Assembly (NCBI GenBank): GCA_964016885.1
Contig: OZ024758.1
Coordinates: 24,862,001-24,926,000 of the forward strand
DNA: 64,000 nt
Reading direction: 5' to 3'
Source of the DNA: Eledone cirrhosa
Taxonomy: Eukaryota
Under the pieces are notes generated by a model. That model was given only the letters and a program-made list of their open reading frames with translations. It was not told the DNA's origin and made no database searches. Below, piece after piece: positions 18,724-31,384 of this stretch. Both the position numbers and the translations under genes were made by a program. Numbering within the stretch: the first letter of the stretch is position 1; each line of letters begins with the position of its first letter.

Positions 18724-19272
18724 AATGGCGAGACTATAAATTAAAATAATCAGCTCTATTGAAATTCACCAACAGAGACAGGACAAACATAAATAGAAAA
18801 AAAAGCGAGTGAGATATTTTGTAAAGTTCGTGTCTTTTTCAATGTTTCAGACTCGAGTAAAATGATATACCTCTTGTAAGGAACACTAGTTCGTCAGTAT
18901 CTTAACTCTAGATTTATGTTTTAATTTTATACAGCGTGTTCATCTATTACATATATTATACTTATAAATTATATATGTATTTATTATTTCATTATATATA
19001 TATATATATATATATATTATACATATTTATTATATATATATATATTATACATATTTATTATATTATACATATTTATTATATATAAGTGTTATATATATAT
19101 ATAGGAAAAGAGATAGGACTCCGACGACCGTAAGTTCAGACCTAGCTGTCAAAACGGCCGGAGCTCAGCCGTCGGGGTCTTGACTCTTTTCCTATTACCC
19201 ACTCTACTACCCTAAGTATCGAGTACTCTGGTACGTTATGGTATACCTGGTTCCTTACCACACGTCCTTTGT

Positions 19273-19324
<52 letters not shown>

Positions 19325-19565
19325 CATACATACATACACAGGAACTATATATATATATATAACGAAGGAAATGTGGTAAGGAACCAGGTGGACCATAACG
19401 CACCAAAGTACTCAATACTTAGGGTAGTAGAGTGGGTAATAGGAACGAGTAGGACCCCGACGGCTGAGCTCAAGCCGTTTCGACGGCTAATTCTGGACTA
19501 AAAATGTTTAGTCCAGAATTAGCCGTCGAAACGGCTTGAGCTCAGCCGTCGGGGTCCTACTCGTT

Positions 19566-19620
<55 letters not shown>

Positions 19621-19661
19621 ATGATATTAATAAATGGAAACTATATTTATAAAACCATATT

Positions 19662-19721
19662 TATTCTATTATATATATTTCAAGGGTACCAAAACTTTGG
19701 TACGCTTTCATCAGATAAAAT
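19662..19721 (-). ncRNA. Minimal hammerhead motif, family A
   Basis: Reverse complement ATTTTAT-CTGATGA-AAGCGTACCAA..TTGGTACCCTT-GAAA-TATATATA-ATAGAATA. Confidence 0.7.
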
Positions 19722-19799
19722 TCAAAGTTTGTTTTATAAATATTGACATATCCAAGTATGAGAACTTAACGGTTCAAGTTTTTCCTGGGTATCCTTTTG

Positions 19800-19833
<34 letters not shown>

Positions 19834-20039
19834 AACAAGTAAGACCCCGACGGCTGAGCTCAAGCCGTTTCGACGGCTATTTAGCCGTCGAAACGGCTTG
19901 AGCTCAGCCGTCGGGGTCTTACTTGTTCCTATTACCCACTCTACTACCCTAAGTATTGAGTACTTTGGTGCGTTATGGTCCACCTGGTTCCTTACCACAT
20001 TTCCTTCGTTATATATATATATATATATATAGATATATA

Positions 20040-20290
20040 TAGGTGGATTCTCGATGTATATCGGGAGATGACCGCAGTTAAAAAAAAGGAACTCAATACC
20101 TTAGTAGAAGATAGACATATTTATTTTAATAAGGAAATATCTTTTACAAAACTAAAACCGTTTCATTCGCAATATATCATCGCAAGATATCCTATTTCTT
20201 ATGAATGAAAAAGTTCTATATGAAATAAATATATACCTTCTCTACTTTGAGTAACTTATTTAACTGTGGCCCGCTTCCGTTCCCATAATA
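20040..20290. mobile_element. Diverged family C element with degenerate HHR on the minus strand; part inverted again at 20999-21085
   Basis: Minus strand ATATCTT-GCGATGA...GAAACGG-TTTTAGTT-TTGTA-AAAGATAT is homologous to 43474-43530; 20215-20290 is the reverse complement of 20999-21070. Confidence 0.5.
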
Positions 20291-20379
20291 TATACTATCT
20301 AAACTAAGGAGCGCGGGACTGCGTACGGTTTATAATTGTTTATCCCATTAGTAAAATAAGTTGGATTACTTTGAATAAA

Positions 20380-20570
20380 TAATTGTTTCTACGTTAGGCA
20401 CAAGGCCAGCAATTACCCAGTACATTACTGGTACTTTATTTTATCGACCCCGTAAGGATGAAAGGCAAAATTAACCTCGGCGGGATTTGAACTTAGATCG
20501 TAAAGGGACGTAACTATGCTGGAAAGCATGGCGTCCGACCCTCTACCGATACTGCCAATCCACCGCCCTT
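20380..20570 (-). mobile_element. Full-length S1 SINE with target-site duplication
   Basis: TACTTTGAATAAATAAT on both sides. Confidence 0.9.
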
Positions 20571-21096
20571 ACTTTGAATAAATAATGAATGAATATTACA
20601 TAATTTATCTTCTAAATTTCGTGGCTGTTCATTAAATATATTTTGCTTATTTAAAGATTCACTTCTTTAAAATTTCTGAAATGTCAACACTTCCGGTTGG
20701 CGATCGCTTAAATAAACCTAATTTTCTGTCACTAATTTTCTCCTAATGCAGTTTATATATAATATCGTCTTTTTTTGTAATGTATCATGGATTACGTTAC
20801 TGATTACATAAGACAGTGTAACACAGTCTTCGTTCAATTTCTATGTATTATATATTGTCAATTACGAGTTTATTTGATGTATCATATCTACATGTATATA
20901 TACCTGCGTATAATATCAATATACACACTACACATGCTAGCAGAAAACCACCCGTTGGGTGGTTTCTGCTAGTATATATAATTCAGAAGAATGTTCCTTA
21001 TGGGAACGGCAGCGGGCCACAGTTAAATAAGTTACTCAAAGTAGAGAAGGTATATATTTATTTCATATAGAAATGGCTTCTACATGACTAGAACTT

Positions 21097-21149
<53 letters not shown>

Positions 21150-21303
21150 TATATGTAACTTAGTTCCACAGTAGTTAGCAAACCATACCCGAGGATGGTT
21201 TGCTAACTATTGTGGAACTAACTTTATAGCGAACTCGTCCTATGGACTGAGTGCTCTACTTTCTACGGATATAACCTCCCGGTGTTCTACCTACCTACCT
21301 ACA

Positions 21304-21337
<34 letters not shown>

Positions 21338-21339
21338 AA

Positions 21340-21371
<32 letters not shown>

Positions 21372-21419
21372 AGAAATAAATTTATTACTAATATGTTGTA
21401 ATAAACAGGAAGAGGGTTA

Positions 21420-21620
21420 AACATAAAAGATAAAAATAAAAGATAAAAATAAAAGATAAAATTAAAAGATAAAAGATAAAAATAAAAGATAAAAATAAAA
21501 GATAAAAATAAAAGATAAAAATAAAAGATAAAAATAAAAGATAAAAATAAAAGATAAAAATAAAAGATAAAAATAAAAGATAAAAATAAAAGATAAAAAT
21601 AAAAGATAAAAATAAAAGAT
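21420..21620. repeat. (AAAATAAAAGAT)n 12-bp tandem repeat
   Basis: Direct inspection. Confidence 0.95.
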
Positions 21621-22463
21621 GAAAAAAAAAGGAGGAAGTGTAACGGAGGGGAAGAATCTACACCCCTGGTTTAGTGGTGTATTTTAGTTGCACCCCACGG
21701 ACAAGATGGCGGAAGCTTTGCCACGGAAGACTGACAGTGATATCCGCTGCATCAGCCATTCGACTCCATGAAACTCCTTTCTCAAGTGGAATGCATCCAA
21801 CCTGATATTACAGAAGAGGTAGTCCGGTGACCGAAGACACCGAAGATCTGGACGGTGACCAACACGATAAGAGAGCGGCCGTCAAGTCCTGCTGAATGTA
21901 TTTATATTGTATTGAATGAGAAATTGACCAATTTAGCCATATTTATTATCGGCATAAGGCGGTGAATTGGTAGAGTTTTTAGAATGTCGGATAGAATGCT
22001 TTGCGGTATTCGTTCTGGCTCTCTGCTCTCCGAGGTCACATTTGCCTTTCATCCATTCGAGGTCGATAAAAAAGTACCAGTTTAGTACTGGGGTCTATTC
22101 TTCCCCTATATCGCTCAGAGTCATAATACCAGACCCATCGAATTTCATGTCGTTTCTGACGTGTTGAGGCAGATGGAGTCACGGCATCAAACTCAACAAA
22201 GATTGTACTGTTTGTTGTGTAGGAGCTTCGTTGCCTATATCAGTGGGTGGCCCCGAGTAGCTCTGGTGTCGCGGTGGAAGAGGCTAAAAACACCTACAGT
22301 TACTTCACCGCCTGACAAGATATCGGTTCAAGCATTCGGATACAGAGTACAGCTGCACCCTCAACTCAGATATGTGTCTACCAAGCATATACACATTTGT
22401 ATACATATACATATGTATATATATATATGTATGCGCATACGTATATATGTATACGTGTATGTG

Positions 22464-22740
22464 TGGTCCCGTAACTTCTGATAGAGTCGTGGGGGGGGGG
22501 CACCGTATTGACATACGGCGTTTCTTGGGCATTTTAAAGCCTGGCAGAGCCCATCCCTCTCCAGGACTGAGTACAGCAGATTTCTTCCAGAGAGAGAGGG
22601 GAAATGAAAAAGAGATATAGAAAAAGAATCGACCCCATTACATTACTGGTACGTTTTTTATCGCCCTCGAAAGGATGAAAGGCAAAGCTGACCTCGGCGG
22701 GATTTGAACTCCGAGAGCAGAGAACCGAAACGAATACCTT
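22464..22740 (-). mobile_element. Long S1-related SINE with distinct 3' tail
   Basis: S1 core joined to tail GCCAGGCTTTAAAATGCCCAAGAAACGCCGTATGTC; homologous copies at 61000-61340 (-) and 50830-51365 (+). Confidence 0.7.
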
Positions 22741-22780
22741 AAAGTATACATACATACATACATACATACATACATACATA

Positions 22781-23390
22781 GTGGCTGCCAACTCGTTTTC
22801 GAGTACGGCCACTACTTTATATCCATGTAGGAGAACCTCTACCGATGCGCTGAACGAGTGTGACTTTTTAGTCCAGCCAACGACTTGAAAACTCTGGTAC
22901 AAACACTACACCTGTGACAATTATTGACACATAGTGCTGGGCCCATGGTACCATGTGACGACAAGTGCAGAGAGATCTCCAGATATAAAGCAATGCCTGT
23001 GCCGTGAAGCTTTTATAGTGAGCAAAGGCACCGCACAAAGCCAGTCCCACTCTCTTAACCAAGATAATATTTACCAAAAAGAAGAACAAGTCAACATCAT
23101 TGGATACCATCAGGGTTGCAGGTGTTATATCAGAGTTTTCCTTCTCCTAGAATTCTGCCTTGACAAAGGCTAAGGGGTCATTTCTCCCAGTGATTTTGGA
23201 TGGCCATTGACTCTAAAGAGCTCCTTTGCCCTTTGACAGGTTTTGTTTTTAGTCCTGCAGGATGTCCAAAGTCACCCTCCTCGCCAAGAAACCTTGGTGG
23301 GGTTGCCAGTTTAGTCGCCAACGACCCGACCATGGGACAGGTTGTACTGGGATACATGTTACCAGTAGCACCAACTGGTGACCTGACACA
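22781..23390 (-). mobile_element. Bipartite non-autonomous RTE element (5' UTR joined to 3' end)
   Basis: Minus strand has RTE-type 5' UTR motif CTAGGAGAAGGAAAACTCTGA, then a terminal zinc-finger-like CSVCTRVFKSLAGLKSHTRSAH, ending GGCAGCCAC+(TATG)n; 3' part repeated at 23426-23742, 58782-59022 and 59358-59497. Confidence 0.65.
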
Positions 23391-24199
23391 TACATACATA
23401 CATACATACATACATACATACATACATGGTGGCTGCCAACTCGTTTTCGAGTACGGCCATTACTTTATATCCATGTAGGAGAACCCCTACCGATGCGCTG
23501 AACGAGTGTGACTTTTTAGTCCAGCCAGCGACTTGAAAACTCTGGTACAAACACTACACTTGTGACAATTATTGACACATAGTGCTGGGCCCATGGTACC
23601 ATGTGACGACAAGTGCAGAGAGATTTCCAGATATAAAGCAATGCCTGTGCCGTGAAGCTTTTATAGTGAGCAAAGGCACTGCACAAAGCCAGTCCCACTC
23701 TCTTAACCAAGATGATATTTACCAAAAAGAACAAGTCAACATCATACATACATACACATATGTATGCATGTAGCCATGGAAAAACACGGTGATATGGTCG
23801 TGCGTGTGTGCGTGTGTGTGTGCGTGTGTCCGCTACTCTAAAATATTGAATTTAATTATAAACACAACACAATTTTGCTGAAAGAGTGAACTTTACATTC
23901 AAATACACCCATATTAATCTTTACATTCAATACTCCTATATTAATCTCCACTGTTAAGTGTATAGATCAAACCAGCTTTTAGTATGCGGCATTAGGTGAA
24001 GATAGCGATCATGGGTTACTGAAATCTATCTAAACATGCACAAAGGTTCAACCAAAGCTTTTAGAGTTGTATTTTCGGATGAAATACGTACCATAGGTTA
24101 ATGATATTTGCATTAACGTCCGTATGGATTTCCCGACACGGCTTTTACTGTTGCATTATGGGAAGAGATAGAATCGCTGGTTATTGATATCTGTATATT

Positions 24200-24850
24200 G
24201 AGCGGTGGATTGGCAGTATCGGACGCCATGCTTTGCAGCAAAGAGTTACGGCCCTTTATGTTCTGAGTTCAAATCCCGCCGAGGTTAACTTTGCCTTCCA
24301 TCCTTACGGGGTCGATAAAATAAAGTACCAGTCACGTACTTGGATCGATATAATCGGCTTTCTCCTCCCCCAAAATTGATCACCTTGTGCCTAAATAAGA
24401 AACCATTGATATCTGTATAAAAATTGACAAAGTCGTTAGAACATCAGATAGAAAGCTTTGTGGTTTTAGTTTCGGCTCTCTGCAGTCCGAGTTCGAATCC
24501 TGCCGAGGTCAACTTTGCCTTTCATCCTTTCGCGATCGATAAAAAAGTACCAGTCAAGTACTGGGGGTCGATTCTTGCTCCATATCTCTTTTTCACTTCC
24601 TCTATCTCTCTCTCACTTTCTAGTCCAGTACTTCTCCATGGTAATTTACCACCAATATTAGTGGATTGGCAGTGTCGGACAACATACTTTGCAGCATCGA
24701 GTTATGACCCTTTGCGTCCTGAGTTCGCGTTTTATCCTTACGGGGTGGGGGGGGGTCGATAAAATATAGTACCAGTAATACACTGGGGTCGATTTAATCG
24801 ACTTTCCCCTCCTCCGAAATTGTTGGCCTTGTGCCTATATCAGAAACCAA
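24200..24850 (+). mobile_element. Cluster of three S1-related SINEs
   Basis: Three successive S1 cores. Confidence 0.8.
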
Positions 24851-24869
24851 TATTACACGTCATCAGAAA

Positions 24870-25410
24870 AAGAAAAACAAGATTCGCTGGACATTGCTAG
24901 ACATTGCTGGACATTGCTGGACATTGCTGGACATTGCTGGACATTGCTGGACATTGCTGGACATTGCTAGAGAGCGAAGGATGAGATCATCAGCGACGTT
25001 CTTCTTTGGGAACCGAAGCATGGTAAATGCTGGTAAACCACATCGAACCTACATAAAGCAACTGTGAGAGGAGGCTGAGTGGATCCGAGAAGACCTGCCA
25101 CGTGCAATACAGACCGAACAGACTGGAGACAAGTGATGGCGACACGTGAAATACAGATCGAACAGACTGGAGACAAGTGATGGCGACACGTGAAATACAG
25201 ATCGAACAGACTGGAGACAAGTGATGGCGACACGTGAAATACAGATCGAACAGACTGGAGACAAGTGATGGCGACACGTGAAATACAGATCGAACAGACT
25301 GGAGACAAGTGATGGCGACACGTGAAATACAGACCGAACAGACAAGTGATGGCGACCCTTGCACTGCAGACCGAACAGACTGGAGACAAGTCATGGCGAC
25401 ACGTGTAATA
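24870..25410 (+). mobile_element. RTE 3' relic containing 10-bp and 44-bp minisatellites
   Basis: RFAGHC motif expanded as (GCTGGACATT)n; 44-bp unit CACGTGAAATACAGATCGAACAGACTGGAGACAAGTGATGGCGA about 6-7x from the terminal DWRQV region. Confidence 0.7.
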
Positions 25411-25583
25411 CACACACTCGTAAGTTGATGATCTGTTTCCAAGCCTTAAACACTAGATTTTAACACCTAGTTACTAAATCACTGCTAGTTTACCTTTGAG
25501 CTGTCCATGGTGTCAGATCTGAGATTACATAATTTAGAATTTGGTGAAAAACTTATACTTCTTGTCTTACTTCTGTTACCGTG

Positions 25584-25797
25584 GAAGAAGAAGAAGAAGA
25601 AGAAGAAGAAGAAGAAGAAGAAGAAGAAGAAGAAGAAGAAGAAGAAGAAGAAGAAGAAGAAGGGGGAGGAGAAGAAGAAAGGGGAGGAGAAGAAGAAGGA
25701 GGAGGAGGAGCAGAAGAAGAAGAAGAAGCAGAAGGAGGAGAAGAAGAATGAGCAGCAGGAGGAGAAGAAGGAGCAGCAGCAGAAGAAGAAGAAGACC
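25584..25797. repeat. (GAA)n/(GAG)n trinucleotide tract
   Basis: Direct inspection. Confidence 0.95.
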
Positions 25798-26620
25798 GAG
25801 AGAGTTACCAAAGTAGAAAGTAAAACCAGAAGAAAGATATATTATATAAACTACGATTGACTTCTCCAAGCTTAAGTGGAGATAATGGGGTTACTTTGAT
25901 GAACCCCATCTCACCTCACTCAACCCCACCCACCCACCCACCACCTCTCCACCCCACCCACCACCCCACATCAATGCAGAAGAGATGAAGTTAATGCACT
26001 CAAGATTTCACAGCTCTAGCATCATAGGCTGACTAAGATACTCTCTATTTGTCAAAGAAACAGTGCGAAATATTGAGAAGACTTTAAATTAATGCATGCA
26101 AGATTTCATAGCTCTAGCATCACCCCTTCCTAATCAGCCTATGAACTTTTCATCCGACACTCATACCTCCAAAGATCTTTTAATATGAAGTATTCTTGGT
26201 CCTTTTTTTTTTACGCATTCGTGTCAGGAAAATAGGTCGTTATTTATTTAATTATTTAACTATTTATTTGTATGTAATTAACTATTTGTTGAAATTGAAG
26301 GCCTGCAAGATGAAAATTTCTTGTTTGACGAGACGGGAGCTTTTTAGTATTTTGTTTTCTTTGTAAACCTTAAAGAGTTGTAGGATTAATAACAAGATTA
26401 CGAAGGCTACAATATCCCCTTCCTTCCCTTTTACATGGAAAGACTTTGGCATGTTTCCACGAAGCTGGGCTGTTAGACATTCTCTCTGGATGATACGAAT
26501 GTTGAAATAACGTTGATGCTTCTTAACAAAATAGAAATTTGATAATGAAGACGAAGTGTCTGTAAAGGAATGTAAACTGCTGTAGTCTATCGAATATCAT
26601 ACTCATTCGATAGTTTATAC

Positions 26621-26916
26621 CAGCCATGGGCAACCTGCGGCCCGCGAAGCTTTCTGAATGGTTCGCCTAAGTCACCTAAGTGAAATCTTTCTGATTTTTT
26701 TACCCCCAACTTTTCAGTCGTAATTTATCTTTCTATCATTTTTACGATTGAGGAAAACAACGTGTACGAATTCAGAAGAAACAAATCAAAACAACCCGAG
26801 TTACCAGCCCCTTTTTTTTAAATGTGGGCACGAATGTAAATTACCGCTTGCGGCCCGCCTGATGATGATCCATATCTCATGCTGACCGTTTCTCGAAAAA
26901 AGCTTGCCCATGCCTG
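26621..26916. mobile_element. hAT (Charlie-like) MITE
   Basis: TIRs CAGCCATGGGCAAC / CTTGCCCATGCCTG, GCGGCCCG sub-terminal motifs, imperfect 8-bp TSD GTTTATAC/GTTTAGAA. Confidence 0.8.
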
Positions 26917-26949
26917 GTTTAGAATATTGAAAGCTATTTTTCACAATAC

Positions 26950-27105
26950 ATTTAATTGTTTCTACTTTTAGGCACAAGGCCAGCAATTACCCATTTTATC
27001 GACCCCGTAAGGATGAAAGGCAAAGTCAACCTCGGCGGGATTTGAACTCAGATCGTAAAGGGACATAACTATGCTGGAAAGCATGGCGTCCGACCCTCTA
27101 CCGAT
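26950..27105 (-). mobile_element. S1 SINE
   Basis: S1 core; flanked by ATACATTTAAT direct repeat. Confidence 0.85.
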
Positions 27106-27626
27106 ATACATTTAATACTTTAGAATATTAATCAGTTGGTTTGTTCTATTTTGTTTGTGCTTTAAGACGCAACAGTTAGGAACATTTCGTTAAAAACTGT
27201 GCATTTGTTACCATAAACGAAATAACCATAGGAAATATTGTTGAACCTAGTGTGATACATCTTCAAATATTTCAGTGTATTTGGGTGAAATCCAAGTCAG
27301 AGCAATACACACCATAGCAGATAATTTATCAGCGACTCATTTTCTTTAGTTTATATAAGACTAAACACTCTTTTGTTTAATAAACATAAACAATTTCTCA
27401 AATACTATGAAAATTACATAATGATACTCTCTCGTCAAGTTTAACACAGCCACAGAGTGCTTGAGTTGTCTTCAGTGGAGTCCACTTGGGTGTAAGCTTT
27501 AAGACCAGCTCCCCGATCTGAAGATAACTCTCTCTCTCTCTCTCTCTACCAGCTTCCTTAAAGGCCCTGAACATGGCTATAGACCCTTTCCTACCACTTT
27601 TGGTTAAAATATATATATATTATATA

Positions 27627-27812
27627 TGGTGGATTGGCAGTATCGGTGGAGGGTCGGACGCCATGCTTTCCAGCATAGTTACGTCCCTTTACGATCTGAG
27701 TTCAAATCCCGCCGAGGTTGACTTTATTTTATCGACCCCGTAAGGATGAAAGGCAAAGTACCAGTAATGCACTGGGTAATTGCTGGCCTTGTGCCTAAAG
27801 TAGAAACAATTA
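27627..27812 (+). mobile_element. S1 SINE with internal micro-inversion
   Basis: Segment between ACTTT and AAAGT (about 27721-27759) is reverse-complemented relative to the other copies. Confidence 0.85.
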
Positions 27813-28228
27813 TATATATATAAGTAATAATAATAAATTTGAAGACTAAAATCCAAAGAGGGCTCGATAAGGATAAATATATATCAAATATATAAGAACC
27901 GTAGAGCAAATATTCAGAAGATCCCGTTAAGGGTGAAAGCAGCGATTCTTTGCTTAAACTTTAATCTGTTATTTTAATAAATATATATATTATATATATA
28001 TATAAATATATATATTATATATATATATATATATAACGAAGGAAATGTGGTAAGGAACCAGGTGGACCATAACGCACCAAAGTACTCAATACTTAGGGTA
28101 GTAGAGTGGGTAATAGGAACGAGTAGGACCCCGACGGCTGAGCTCAAGCCGTTTCGACGGCTAATTCGTTTTAGTCCAGAATTAGCCGTCGAAACCGCTT
28201 GAGCTCAGCCGTCGGGGTCCTACTCGTT

Positions 28229-28273
<45 letters not shown>

Positions 28274-28935
28274 CGTAAAATAAGAAAATTTAAAAAAAAA
28301 AAAAATTTTTTTTAAAATTAACTTACTTGTATTTTCACTCCAACTAATTAGTTTCTGCAATGGGATAAAGACAGTTACGTAATGAACTGTTGAGAATTGC
28401 ATTGCGTCATCAGGGAGGTCATTCTCAGCCGAGTCTCCAGGCAATGCGCGGACACTGGGGACTCATATAAAAATAATAATAATTCGGTAAATGGAACAGC
28501 TATCGAGGACTGGATTCCAGCCACTGAAAATTCTCACTGCCACTGATCATATGGCCGATTCTAAAGAATCAATCACGTGACACAGAGGCTAGTCAGTAGG
28601 AATGGGATGGTAAGATGACAGACGCCTACTAACACCCCACAAAAAAAATTTAGAAGTTGTTTTGGCAGGTTTGCTCGACAAATCAGTGATTTGGAGATAA
28701 ATATAGATAATTTAATATATCTACTAACATAAGCGCACAGATGTACGCTAATGCCAGCAAATACACAGGTTATGTCATAGTACCTAGGTGGTTCAATGCA
28801 GGAGAATGCAGAACAATAATATATAAGACGTAAAATAAGAAAATTTAAAAAAAAAAATTTTTTTTAAATATATATATATATAAGAGAAAGAAACGTATAT
28901 TGATTGTTAGTGTTATATGACACACGCACTCACAC

Positions 28936-28977
<42 letters not shown>

Positions 28978-29314
28978 GGATTATATGTGATGTATATTAT
29001 ATGGTATATATTATATTAAATGTATTATGTGTTATGTATGATGTCGACGCGATGGTCCAGGTTAGTCAAATTTTTCCTGAGTTCAGTCTTTTTCGTGGCT
29101 ATGGTCACCGCGGCCCTTCTATCGGTCGCTGTCTTCATTTTGCAAGGCTGTCTAAACGTAATGTTATAAATCTAGGGTTATATACCCTATTGAGTGCTTA
29201 GCTGCACACCGAAACTGCATTCGTTAGCTTGGCTGCAACCATGACTTCGTTGATGCTGTACTAAATTTTATATATATGATGTCAGAAAAACCACAGACCC
29301 TCCATCTCAACTCA

Positions 29315-29352
29315 CCTTTTGAAAAGCAGAAGAACTGCGAAACCGGTAAAGG
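29315..29352 (+). ncRNA. Minimal hammerhead motif with U3-A8 core variant
   Basis: CCTT-TTGAAAA-GCAG(AAGAA)CTGC-GAAAC-CG-GTA-AAGG. Confidence 0.6.
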
Positions 29353-29932
29353 AACCAAATAAATATATATATTTAAAAAAAAAATAAGACTCCAGTTGCA
29401 TTTTCGATTTCATCTCTTTTTCTTTATACTTTCACTCGTGTAGACACCTCGGTTATTTTTCAATTTGTAAAAAAAGAAAAAAAAAATCTCACTTTCTAAT
29501 ATATATATATAGTGTGTGTGCGTGTGTATGTGTGAGTGCGTGTGTTATATACCACTAACAATTAATATACGTTTCTTTCTCACTCTATATATATTATATT
29601 TATATATATACATTGAATGATTGATTGCTTGACTAAATCGAATCTATTTAAAACAACATGTAGAATTTCGAAGGTAAACTATATTATCTTTGAGTCGATT
29701 AAAATTCTTTAAAAATGTAGAAATACCAAAAGCATAAAATAACTGTAACCACAGTCGATTACTATAGAAAATCAGATAAAATACCCCTAGAGACGGGAAA
29801 CACTAGACAGCAATTGCTACGAAGAATCAAACACCTAACCTCACAAATTCCCACTAGGTGTTCTTAACCATTGAGCTAAATGGCCCTTAACAACTTCCGT
29901 CTAAAAAAGAAAACTAAACAGTCAGCTTGAAT

Positions 29933-30716
29933 GTAAACAATCGACGGTAAACAATCGAAGGTAAACAATCGAAGGTAAACAATCGAAGGTAAACAATCGA
30001 ATGTAAACAATCGAATGTAAACAATCGAAGATAAACAATCGAATGTAAACAATCGAATGTAAACAATCGAAGGTAAACAATCGAATGTAAACAATCGAAG
30101 GTAAACAATCGAAGGTAAACAATCGAAGGTAAACAATCGAAGGTAAACAATCGAAGGTAAACAATCGAAGGTAAACAATCGAAGGTAAACAATCGAAGGT
30201 AAACTATCGAAGGTAAACAATCGAAGGTAAACAATCGAAGGTAAACAATCGAAGGTAAACTATCGAAGGTAAACTATCGAAGGTAAACTATCGAAGGTAA
30301 ACAATCGAAGGTAAACAATCGAAGGTAAACAATCGAAGGTAAACAATCGAAGGTAAACAATCGAAAGTAAACAATCGAAAGTAAACAATCGAAGGTAAAC
30401 AATCGAAGGTAAACAATCGAAGGTAAACAATCGAAGGTAAACAATCGAAGGTAAACAATCGAAGGTAAACAATCGAAGGTAAACAATCGAAGGTAAACAA
30501 TCGAAGGTGAACAATCGAAGGTAAACTATCGAAGGTAAACAATCGAAGGTAAACTATCGAAGGTAAACAATCGAAGGTAAACAATCGAAGGTAAACTATC
30601 GAAGGTAAACAATCGAAGGTAAACAATCGAAGGTAAACAATCGAAGGTAAACAATCGAAGGTAAACAATCGAAGGTAAACAATCGAAGGTAAACTATCGA
30701 AGGTAAACAATCGAAA
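29933..30716. repeat. 14-bp minisatellite (GTAAACAATCGAAG)n, about 56 units
   Basis: Direct inspection. Confidence 0.97.
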
Positions 30717-30899
30717 CATTGAGTAGATTGAGATTCTTAGAATTCTCAAACATTGAAAATAACTCTTTAGACGGAAGTTCCTGTCAGGGACCATGCAGAG
30801 AACAGTCAGCGACATCTACATCAGATACTCCCATTCCATGGGACTCCTTCTTCAATGTTGTGGAGGAAAACGATAGTGTTCGGGTACCGAGGACACCAG

Positions 30900-31332
30900 G
30901 AGGGCCAGATTTACCAATAGGCATAGTCGGTCATTGACCTAGGGCTCACGGGTATCTGGAGGGCCACCCAGACTAATTTGTCGCGTAGTGTGCCAGCGTA
31001 TAACCGTGTTTTAATTGTACACCAGGTATTTCATCATATAATTGTTTCTACTTTTTGGCACAAGGCCAGCAATTACCCCAGTGTATTACTGGTACTTTAT
31101 TTTATCGACTCCGTAAGGATGAAAGGCAAAGTTAACCTCGGCGAGATTTCAACTCAGATCATAAAGGGCCGTAACTCTTTGCTGCAAAGCAGGGCGTCAG
31201 ATACTGCCAATCCACCGCCCAATACATGGCGTCCGACCCTCTACCGATACTGCCAATCCACCGCTTTCATTATATAATGGGGATCCACTGGTGAATTTAG
31301 CTAGGGCCCACAACCAGATAAATCTCGTCCTG
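30900..31332. mobile_element. hAT-type MITE with nested S1 SINE (31037-31265, minus)
   Basis: Perfect 8-bp TSD GACACCAG (30892-30899 / 31333-31340), imperfect TIRs GAGGGCCAGATTTA / TAAATCTCGTCCTG. Confidence 0.75.
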
Positions 31333-31384
31333 GACACCAGGGCAGTCGGTACGAAAAGGAACCGGTATATTTATATATACCCTT

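Noticed and set aside
18843-18900. Further HHR-like cores (18843-18900 minus, 15255-15292 minus, 49946-49982 plus)
   Set aside because: Core words are present but the helices do not close convincingly
21700-21900. CAAGATGGCGG (YY1-like) with an ATG as a gene start
   Set aside because: Frame closes after 21 codons, no donor site; more likely decayed retroelement sequence
24200-24300. tRNA genes
   Set aside because: A and B boxes belong to SINE heads; no full cloverleaf seen
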